45,738 nt of DNA from a virus (lineage: Duplodnaviria; Caudoviricetes): the IMG/VR virus record IMGVR_UViG_3300042901_001456, positions 1 through 45,738 of that record. One strand, given 5' to 3'. Made by a program: the position numbers and the translations under genes. This document shows, one piece after another, positions 18,714 through 24,766 of the stretch (positions are counted from its first letter, which is position 1; the number at the start of each line of letters is the position of its first letter). Under the pieces are notes generated by a model. That model was given only the letters and a program-made list of their open reading frames with translations, had not been told where the DNA came from and did not search any database.

Positions 18714-19015
18714 GACCATTTAAAAATTGGTTTAAATCAAATGATCTTAATCCAATTGAAAAAACAATTAAATCAAGTACTGCTCGTAAACAAGTGAGTA
18801 AAAGATTCAAAGCCAATCAACAAGCAGGTAGGTATGTTCATATTATGGATAATAATATGTTTGATACAGTTAAAATGATGTTTGAGTCAGCTGATGAGAC
18901 TAATAAACAAATGGCGACAGACATTGTTTTGAAAAGCAAAATGACTGAAGAACAAATAAATTATTTTGTTAATAAATGGTGTGGTCATTTTTATGAACCT
19001 AAAAATAAAATATGA
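18710..19015 (+). CDS. Hypothetical protein sharing a helical motif with 27237..28364
   Basis: MDNNMFDTVKMMFESADETNKQMATDIV. Confidence 0.55.
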   Translation: MRPFKNWFKSNDLNPIEKTIKSSTARKQVSKRFKANQQAGRYVHIMDNNMFDTVKMMFESADETNKQMATDIVLKSKMTEEQINYFVNKWCGHFYEPKNKI

Positions 19016-19308
19016 GTTGGAAATATGAAGCTAAAAAACGAGGCAGACAGTCAGCTGATGAACTGGCTGAACAAGAGTCTAAACCAACTAAATTTACTCG
19101 TGCTTATGAGGATGAATTAACTATTGAGACTTGGAAATATGATTTAAAAAAGTTTAGTAATGGGCCTATAGAAGTAGATATTAAATATAAGGCGGGGGCT
19201 GAAAAAGTACTTAAACAACAAGCAAAAGAAGTTAAACAACAAAAGAAAATTGAGCGACAAATGAAAAAAATTAATAAAAATGCTGGACAACATAAACTCA
19301 GGAGCTGA
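19012..19308 (+). CDS. Hypothetical basic protein
   Basis: ATGA-coupled ORF. Confidence 0.55.
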   Translation: MSWKYEAKKRGRQSADELAEQESKPTKFTRAYEDELTIETWKYDLKKFSNGPIEVDIKYKAGAEKVLKQQAKEVKQQKKIERQMKKINKNAGQHKLRS

Positions 19309-19678
19309 TTATGCTCAAATAGTAATTGATACAATTATTGAAGGTGAAAAACAAATACCAGAACATGCTCAAATGCCTATTGCTTTATTAGAGTATTTAA
19401 CTGAAGAAATTCAAACACAAGCTGATATTCATTATAATGAGTATATAATTGGTAAACGAGATACATTTATGTTTAGTGATGTTGAATTAGAAGAAATGTA
19501 TAATAAAGCAGGTGAACGTTATGTTGAAGAAATGTTAGATGGTTTGGTAGAAAAAGGTATGGTCACTATGCATATTGGGGAGGATGGAGAATTTTTATAT
19601 GGTTTAAGTGAACAAGGTAGACAAGCTGCAGAATTAGATGGTATAAAAAAACATGGTCGCAAGCCTAAAAAGAAATAA
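19280..19678 (+). CDS. Hypothetical protein, possible C-terminal winged helix
   Basis: LDGLVEKGMV...GEFLYGLSEQGR resembles a wHTH recognition helix and wing. Confidence 0.5.
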   Translation: MLDNINSGADYAQIVIDTIIEGEKQIPEHAQMPIALLEYLTEEIQTQADIHYNEYIIGKRDTFMFSDVELEEMYNKAGERYVEEMLDGLVEKGMVTMHIGEDGEFLYGLSEQGRQAAELDGIKKHGRKPKKK

Positions 19679-19680
19679 TT

Positions 19681-20001
19681 ATGTCACCAACATTAAAAGG
19701 AACAAGAACTATAAAAAATATAACAGGTACTACAACAACTAATAGTAACTCAACATTAACAACTATTAATGGAACATCAACAAGTACTTATTATAATCCT
19801 AATATAGGAAATACTTACATTTATCAAGGTAATACTCCAACACCATTTAGTATAAATTTTAGTTGGGATGGTAAATCAGTAAATATAAGTTTAAAAAATG
19901 GTAATGACATATTCAAATTAGCAAACGCATTTATGGAGTGGTTAGACAAGAATGAGATTGAATATGAAGTTAAAACATCAGGTAAGAAAAAGAAGAAATG
20001 A
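19681..20001 (+). CDS. Hypothetical protein, Thr-rich N-terminus
   Basis: ORF coupled to the next gene. Confidence 0.5.
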   Translation: MSPTLKGTRTIKNITGTTTTNSNSTLTTINGTSTSTYYNPNIGNTYIYQGNTPTPFSINFSWDGKSVNISLKNGNDIFKLANAFMEWLDKNEIEYEVKTSGKKKKK

Positions 20002-20732
20002 AAATAACATTATATACAATTTGTTATAATGAACAATTAATATTGCCTCATTTATTAAATTATTATTCTACAATAGTAGATAAAATAGTGGTTTATGATA
20101 ATGAATCAACTGATAATACTTTAAAAATATTAAATGAATATAAAGGTAATTTAGAAATAAGAACATTTAAAACAAACAATTCATTAAGAGACGATATATT
20201 ATCTAAAATAAAAAATACTTGTTGGATTGGAGACAATTCAGATTATTGTATTGTAGTTGAAGCTGATGAGTTTATTTATCATCCAATTGGTCTTAGAAAT
20301 TATTTAGAACAAAATATGGATTGTGATTTTTTCACACCAACTGGTTACCAAATGGTTAGTGATGAATTTCCAAATAATTATTCTAAACTAATAACAGAAC
20401 AAATAAAAACAGGAACACCAGATCCATTTTATAATAAATTAAGTATAATTAATCCTAAACGAGTAGTTGATATTAATTTTAAACCAGGTGGACATGAAGT
20501 TCATTATGAATTAATAGGACCAGATATTAAAGTAATAGAAACATCAGATTTAAAATTACTTCATTATAAATTTTTAGGATTAGATTATATATTAAATAAA
20601 AATAAATATTATACAGATAGAATAAGTCAAGCCAATATAGATAAAGGATGGGGTGTACATCACACACAACCAGATGAAAAAACAATGAATATATTCAATA
20701 CAATTAAAGAGGAAGCTAAAGTAATCATTTAA
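19998..20732 (+). CDS. Glycosyltransferase family 2-like (GT2/GT92-like)
   Basis: ICYNE, VVYDNESTDNT, VVEADEF, PGGH, LLHYK. Confidence 0.82.
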   Translation: MKITLYTICYNEQLILPHLLNYYSTIVDKIVVYDNESTDNTLKILNEYKGNLEIRTFKTNNSLRDDILSKIKNTCWIGDNSDYCIVVEADEFIYHPIGLRNYLEQNMDCDFFTPTGYQMVSDEFPNNYSKLITEQIKTGTPDPFYNKLSIINPKRVVDINFKPGGHEVHYELIGPDIKVIETSDLKLLHYKFLGLDYILNKNKYYTDRISQANIDKGWGVHHTQPDEKTMNIFNTIKEEAKVII

Positions 20733-20735
20733 AAG

Positions 20736-20767
20736 TTTGCCTACACAAAAATAAGATAGTATATTTA
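20736..20767 (+). promoter_or_regulatory. Bacteroidota housekeeping-type promoter (-33/-7)
   Basis: TTTG-N20-TATATTTA upstream of the HTH gene; the known consensus is TTTG-N19-21-TAnnTTTG. Confidence 0.6.
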
Positions 20768-20809
20768 ATATATAAATAAGTAAATCAATTATTAACAAAA
20801 AACACAGTT

Positions 20810-21049
20810 ATGAGTTTTCAAACAAAAGTACGTGCGAATTACTTGAACCGCACAGCCAAGTTGTCATTTTTCAAGAACCGTCAACGCAATGGTGACGTAG
20901 CTAAATTAGCTGACACAACTGGTTACAGTGAGCGTATGATTTATTACATCCTCGCAGGTGAGCGTAAGGTAAATCAAATCGTTGCTAATGCAATGTATAA
21001 CCTTACACGTCGTCGTATGCGTAACGAAGAGTTTCTTGGACTCGTTTAA
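20810..21049 (+). CDS. Small HTH DNA-binding protein
   Basis: GDVAKLADTTGYSERMIYYILAGERK (Cro/XRE-like HTH); has its own promoter and terminator. Confidence 0.7.
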   Translation: MSFQTKVRANYLNRTAKLSFFKNRQRNGDVAKLADTTGYSERMIYYILAGERKVNQIVANAMYNLTRRRMRNEEFLGLV

Positions 21050-21080
21050 TTAGGTTACGTTTTCTGACTGCCATGAAGTT

Positions 21081-21115
21081 AGCGGTTGAGTCTTTAGGCT
21101 CACCGCTTTCTTTTT
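21081..21115 (+). terminator. Intrinsic terminator after the HTH gene
   Basis: AGCGGTTGAGTC ttta GGCTCACCGCT followed by TTCTTTTT. Confidence 0.8.
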
Positions 21116-21125
21116 ATTATCTTAA
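21100..21125 (+). promoter_or_regulatory. Variant promoter motif (TCACC) overlapping a terminator
   Basis: TCACC gctttctttttat TATCTTAA. Confidence 0.45.
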
Positions 21126-21144
21126 TAATATAAAATAAATAAAG

Positions 21145-21693
21145 ATGATAATATTCAAGGGCAAGAAATATAAGTTTATAACAACAATGGACATCACATT
21201 AGATCATATTCGTGCTGTGTTCTTTCCTAAATCGTTTCATGAGAAATATGGTTATTTAGGTAGTGTACCATGGAGTGGCACTAGTGATATATTCAAAGCA
21301 ATGGAGCCGTTAGTAATATTCATGGATTATAAAGCTAAACCATGGTGGTGTCCAAGATTTGTATTACGTTTTTTACATTTATTTGGAGACGATAATTCAA
21401 TCATACGAGTTAGAAATAGACGTTTAAGTGAATTAAAACGTAAACTAACTAAAGGCTATGGTATAGTAGATTACAAAACTAAATGGCAATGGTATGATTT
21501 AAGAATATCAATTGCGGGTACAGATCAAATGTGGGATCTAACTAATGCTATTGAACATGAGTTTTATGATAAGGGTGCTAGAGAAGATTTATCAAATCAA
21601 ATTAAAGACATAGACCCAAATACTAAATACAATAAGGGATACACTGTTAGAACATTAAGAGATGAATTAGATAGACTATTAAACAACGAATAA
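21145..21693 (+). CDS. Hypothetical protein
   Basis: 182-aa ORF. Confidence 0.6.
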   Translation: MIIFKGKKYKFITTMDITLDHIRAVFFPKSFHEKYGYLGSVPWSGTSDIFKAMEPLVIFMDYKAKPWWCPRFVLRFLHLFGDDNSIIRVRNRRLSELKRKLTKGYGIVDYKTKWQWYDLRISIAGTDQMWDLTNAIEHEFYDKGAREDLSNQIKDIDPNTKYNKGYTVRTLRDELDRLLNNE

Positions 21694-21833
21694 TGAAAAT
21701 ACAAACATACACTTACTACAATATGTGGTATGTCATACCTGCCATAGCCATAACATATGAAAAACACTATTATTTAAGTGTGGATATAATATGGGGTAAA
21801 TGGGGAATAAGTATAATAATAAAAAATAAATAA
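21693..21833 (+). CDS. Small hypothetical protein (46 aa)
   Basis: MKIQTYTYYNMWYVIPAIAITYEKHYYLSVDIIWGKWGISIIIKNK; TAATG coupling to the upstream gene. Confidence 0.5.
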   Translation: MKIQTYTYYNMWYVIPAIAITYEKHYYLSVDIIWGKWGISIIIKNK

Positions 21834-21834
21834 T

Positions 21835-22062
21835 ATGATAATCCAGACAATACATGAAATAGTAAATCCGTTTGATGTTGAAACACCACTTGGATATGGT
21901 GTGGCATTGTTTATGATAGCGGGTAGTATACATAGTAACCCACAATTCATAGTACGATTTTATCATACGGGTGAGGTAAGAACAGTTGATCAAAACGATA
22001 TTAAAATATATGGCAACCCAACAACAGGTGAAAAACTCACGCCAAGTAAACCTGTGGAATAA
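21835..22062 (+). CDS. Hypothetical protein
   Basis: VETPLGYG.A motif; small beta-rich phage protein. Confidence 0.6.
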   Translation: MIIQTIHEIVNPFDVETPLGYGVALFMIAGSIHSNPQFIVRFYHTGEVRTVDQNDIKIYGNPTTGEKLTPSKPVE

Positions 22063-22243
22063 AAAACACCGTATTGGTATAATTAAAATAGATATTATAT
22101 CATATGATGAGAGAGGATACAGGACAAGACAAGCCAAAGTGGCACATGCTAAATTTACAATAGTAACCAAACGATATAAGAAATCAAAAGTAAAATATCA
22201 CTTATATACTAATTTTAACATAAGTGGATCAATAGCAATTTAA
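22010..22243 (+). CDS. Small basic protein, YxxRG paralog 1 (start uncertain)
   Basis: IISYDERGYRTR. Confidence 0.4.
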   Translation: MATQQQVKNSRQVNLWNKKHRIGIIKIDIISYDERGYRTRQAKVAHAKFTIVTKRYKKSKVKYHLYTNFNISGSIAI

Positions 22244-22250
22244 ATAATAT

Positions 22251-22376
22251 ATGGTAAACACAGCAACTAAAAAACCATACATGTATAGGGGTATGCTAGG
22301 TAGACTGGGAAGAATGAATAAAGTAAGACGAGCGATACGAGATAAACGATGGACAACAATAACCCAGCATATATGA
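22251..22376 (+). CDS. Small basic protein, YxxRG paralog 2 (41 aa)
   Basis: MVNTATKKPYMYRGMLGRLGRMNKVRRAIRDKRWTTITQHI; ATGA overlap with the next ORF. Confidence 0.4.
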   Translation: MVNTATKKPYMYRGMLGRLGRMNKVRRAIRDKRWTTITQHI

Positions 22377-22594
22377 CCAGACACACACTATACAATAAAA
22401 AATATATAATGGGAATACAGATAAATCTATCGGGTACATTACTGCTATATGAACAACGAGGTATGTTAGCACGATGGATGAGAGCAACATATTGGAGAAT
22501 AGATAAATCAAAGTGGGTGAACCGTAGGAGTAATAGGCAACAAGCCAAACGATTAACGGTATGGGATGGTGTTAATTTTAGGCGAGTGAAATGA
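22373..22594 (+). CDS. Small basic protein, YxxRG paralog 3
   Basis: LLLYEQRGMLARW...KSKWV..RS.RQ...VW; ATGA coupling at both ends. Confidence 0.5.
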   Translation: MTRHTLYNKKYIMGIQINLSGTLLLYEQRGMLARWMRATYWRIDKSKWVNRRSNRQQAKRLTVWDGVNFRRVK

Positions 22595-22803
22595 TAACAT
22601 GGGATAAAAAAACAATAATAGGTAACGTCGACGTGGCATCGAATATATTAGTAGTATATGAGTTACGTGGTAAAAAATCGCGTTATATACGCGTACAAAA
22701 CGCTAAACAAACCAAGTTCAAATGGGTGACAGACAGATGTAGTAGGCGACAAACGCCGGATAAAACGTATGTATGGGGTTTATCAAATACGCATAAGTGG
22801 TAA
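22591..22803 (+). CDS. Small basic protein, YxxRG paralog 4
   Basis: LVVYELRGKKSRY...KFKWV..RCSRRQ...VW. Confidence 0.5.
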   Translation: MITWDKKTIIGNVDVASNILVVYELRGKKSRYIRVQNAKQTKFKWVTDRCSRRQTPDKTYVWGLSNTHKW

Positions 22804-22924
22804 TATGGTATGTGACAAGTATGGGGTGGATGGGGTATGTCATGTATTGGGGTTATGTGCCCCCCTTTGCCCGGGTCATCCAAACCTTCCTCGACACGCT
22901 CTATATAAGTATATACCCGCTCAC

Positions 22925-22950
22925 TGACCGCAACTGGCTACATATATTTA
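22925..22950 (+). promoter_or_regulatory. TGACC-N13-TAnnTTTA promoter motif
   Basis: TGACC gcaactggctaca TATATTTA. Confidence 0.75.
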
Positions 22951-22962
22951 ATTATAAGTAAA

Positions 22963-23211
22963 ATGAAAAATATGAGCACAACGGTAAACAGAATGAGATT
23001 GGATGAAGTGGTTAGTTGGTTTTCACAACGTGGTTATAAATCAACTGCTAGTTATTTCATGTCTTTGATCAATGAAGATTGCACTACGTTGTATCGTAAT
23101 GCGTATTGGATCGAAACAGAAACGTTGCGTCGCCACCTCGGATACCCAACAGATAGGCTCTTCAAAGAACTGGAGTGTGATGTTACAACTTGGATGCCGA
23201 ACGAAGCATAA
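22963..23211 (+). CDS. Hypothetical protein
   Basis: Directly downstream of the promoter motif at 22925. Confidence 0.6.
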   Translation: MKNMSTTVNRMRLDEVVSWFSQRGYKSTASYFMSLINEDCTTLYRNAYWIETETLRRHLGYPTDRLFKELECDVTTWMPNEA

Positions 23212-23243
23212 TTTGGTTGACCGAACAAAACATAGTATATTTA
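23212..23243 (+). promoter_or_regulatory. Composite promoter: TTTG-N20 and TGACC-N13 to the same TATATTTA
   Basis: TTTG gt TGACC gaacaaaacatag TATATTTA. Confidence 0.75.
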
Positions 23244-23264
23244 ATTATTAATAAAATAAAGGTT

Positions 23265-23501
23265 ATGTCAAAAACAAAAACAACAACTAAGCCCGCAGCA
23301 AAACGCGGCCGTCCAATCGTAGCAGGTTCTAAACGCCAAGCAGTGCTTGCGATGCGTGACGCTAAAAGAAACGCTGGCATTGAGATTAAACGTGGCCGCC
23401 CAGCCGGTTCAAAGAAAACAACTGACGTTACAGTTGAAGTAAAAGCCAAGGCTACTAAGGCTCAAAAACAAGCCGTTGCAGCTGACGTTAATGAGGCTTA
23501 A
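23265..23501 (+). CDS. Small basic double AT-hook protein (HMGA/H1-like)
   Basis: AKRGRP and IKRGRP motifs; Lys/Ala-rich; ATG 23265 in AAAGGTTATG context after the promoter at 23218. Confidence 0.7.
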   Translation: MSKTKTTTKPAAKRGRPIVAGSKRQAVLAMRDAKRNAGIEIKRGRPAGSKKTTDVTVEVKAKATKAQKQAVAADVNEA

Positions 23502-23510
23502 TTAAGTAAC

Positions 23511-23604
23511 TAGGGGTGCTGTTGCAATTGTACAGCACTTAAACAAATAAGCTGTTCCGTAGACGGATGTGAGTTAAATATTAACCGCGGACTTATTTAC
23601 CCTA
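23511..23604 (+). ncRNA. Candidate structured RNA (multi-stem junction); family unknown
   Basis: TAGGG/CCCTA closes GTGCTGT/ACAGCAC and AAATAAG/CTTATTT, with inner TCCG/CGGA and GTTAA/TTAAC stems. Confidence 0.4.
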
Positions 23605-23639
23605 ACAGTTAATCGCTCCTAATAAGGGGCGTTTGCTGT
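23605..23639 (+). terminator. GC hairpin; probable terminator or 3' stem of a structured RNA
   Basis: CGCTCCT aata AGGGGCG followed by TTT; flanked by ACAGT/GCTGT. Confidence 0.55.
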
Positions 23640-23653
23640 ATAAATGAATTCAT

Positions 23654-23734
23654 GGGGGTGGGGTGCACCTAGCTGAAACTAGCCTTAAATCACACACGTG
23701 CCACTTTATGGATGCTACGTTGTAGTGGGCCCCC
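23654..23734 (+). ncRNA. Candidate structured RNA; family unknown
   Basis: GGGGG/CCCCC closing stem, with inner GCAC/GTGC, CTAG/CTAG and CCACT/AGTGG. Confidence 0.3.
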
Positions 23735-23774
23735 TAACTTTACTTATATGTATGGCTAAAAAATAAAAGTAAAT

Positions 23775-24023
23775 ATGAATAACATTACTCAATACCTAGC
23801 TGAAATCAAAGCTGAACTACAAGAACTATATGAGGATCTAGATAGTGAATTACGCAATACTGATAACCAGGATCTAATTGATGACTCATATCGTAACGTA
23901 ACATCAAAACTCGAAACCGCACTATCAGAAATGGAAGCCCTAATAGGCGATATCGATAGCGGTGTATATGATGATAACATACGTGATTATGAGGACGACG
24001 GGATGTCAGAGGACGACAATTGA
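23775..24023 (+). CDS. Small highly acidic protein
   Basis: 25 Asp/Glu versus 5 Lys/Arg in 82 aa (manual count). Confidence 0.65.
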   Translation: MNNITQYLAEIKAELQELYEDLDSELRNTDNQDLIDDSYRNVTSKLETALSEMEALIGDIDSGVYDDNIRDYEDDGMSEDDN

Positions 24024-24112
24024 CCTTATACGGGTGTTAGAGGATTCCTGTTTTTAAAGGACCCCCGGTAATTGAGGTCCATCGACGGGAGAGGCTGACC
24101 CCGTAAAAAAGG
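24024..24112. ncRNA. Candidate long interrupted hairpin RNA/DNA structure
   Basis: Nested stems CCTT/AAGG, TACGGG/CCCGTA, GTTAG/CTGAC, TCCTGT/ACGGGA and GGACC/GGTCC. Confidence 0.4.
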
Positions 24113-24199
24113 ATATGTGTTTAGAGATCGAATACAATCTTTCACATCGACGCATATATACCTATATACTCACCAATAAACATAAATGGAGCTTCGGAA

Positions 24200-24232
24200 T
24201 TGCCCCTTTCGCAATAAAATGCGAGGGGGCAA
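24200..24232. other. Strong GC hairpin
   Basis: TTGCCCCTTTCGCA ataaaa TGCGAGGGGGCAA. Confidence 0.7.
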
Positions 24233-24273
24233 AACTCTCTTTTTTATAATCTTTTATGTCGACACAAAGTATA

Positions 24274-24302
24274 TATAGAACGTTAGTAATTAATGTCCTA
24301 TA
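24274..24302. repeat. Third copy of the 15891 palindromic site
   Basis: TATAGAACGTTAGTAATTAATGTCCTATA. Confidence 0.7.
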
Positions 24303-24323
24303 AAGGTGGGTAGGATCCTTGAC

Positions 24324-24349
24324 TGACCGGGACTATTCATGTATCTTTA
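24324..24349 (+). promoter_or_regulatory. TGACC-N13-TAnnTTTA promoter motif
   Basis: TGACC gggactattcatg TATCTTTA. Confidence 0.72.
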
Positions 24350-24354
24350 ATTAT

Positions 24355-24465
24355 ATGGAATTAATAAAAAATATAGGTTATGTGATTTTGATGGCTCTAA
24401 TATTAATTATGCCTTGGTGGATATTAATAGTTTTTATAGTATGGGCCATTCAAAATAGAAAATGA
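24355..24465 (+). CDS. Small membrane protein (36 aa)
   Basis: MELIKNIGYVILMALILIMPWWILIVFIVWAIQNRK; lies between two promoter motifs. Confidence 0.45.
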   Translation: MELIKNIGYVILMALILIMPWWILIVFIVWAIQNRK

Positions 24466-24488
24466 CCGCAACTCCTAACATATATTTA
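24463..24488 (+). promoter_or_regulatory. TGACC-N13-TAnnTTTA promoter motif
   Basis: TGACC gcaactcctaaca TATATTTA. Confidence 0.75.
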
Positions 24489-24506
24489 ATATATAAATAA
24501 GAAAGT

Positions 24507-24725
24507 ATGAACAATTTAAACATTTACGAGATTGAGTTGAAACTCAAAAGTATGAAAAGAAATAAAAAGTATATTGCATTGTCATTATACCCAGAAATTG
24601 GAAACAATACCATTACTAAAGATAGTAACCGCTTATTCATTAATGAGGGTCGTGATGGTAAATGGGATAATGTTTCTGAAGAGTTTTATGATAATATGGT
24701 TAGTAAATATGATTCAAGAAGTTAA
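24507..24725 (+). CDS. Hypothetical protein
   Basis: Cassette gene after the promoter at 24463. Confidence 0.65.
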   Translation: MNNLNIYEIELKLKSMKRNKKYIALSLYPEIGNNTITKDSNRLFINEGRDGKWDNVSEEFYDNMVSKYDSRS

Positions 24726-24726
24726 T

Positions 24727-24752
24727 TGACCGCGACTAAATTAGTATATTTA
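24727..24752 (+). promoter_or_regulatory. TGACC-N13-TAnnTTTA promoter motif
   Basis: TGACC gcgactaaattag TATATTTA. Confidence 0.75.
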
Positions 24753-24766
24753 ATATATAAAAATAA

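Noticed and set aside
22823-22875. G-quadruplex
   Set aside because: Only three GGGG tracts with long loops, and competing Watson-Crick pairing with the adjacent C tracts is available.
23190-23264. N-terminal extension of the AT-hook ORF
   Set aside because: It overlaps the upstream gene and the promoter; ATG 23265 has the typical start context.
23654-23734. tRNA or tmRNA fragment
   Set aside because: No TTCRA T-loop, D-loop GG context, anticodon arm geometry or CCA end.
23511-23734. Hammerhead, twister or pistol ribozyme
   Set aside because: CTGAAA sits in a hairpin loop, but I could not find the CUGANGA...GAAA core or the twister/pistol conserved motifs by eye.
24024-24112. SRP (4.5S) or 6S RNA assignment
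   Set aside because: Lacks the SRP helix-8 motif and is about half the length of 6S RNA; kept only as an unassigned structure.
22620-24320. Cluster of 6-bp palindromes (GTCGAC, CCCGGG, CCGCGG, GGGCCC, GGATCC) as a restriction-decoy region
   Set aside because: Several of these palindromes also occur elsewhere in the window, and higher local GC could explain the cluster; it cannot be supported without counting statistics.
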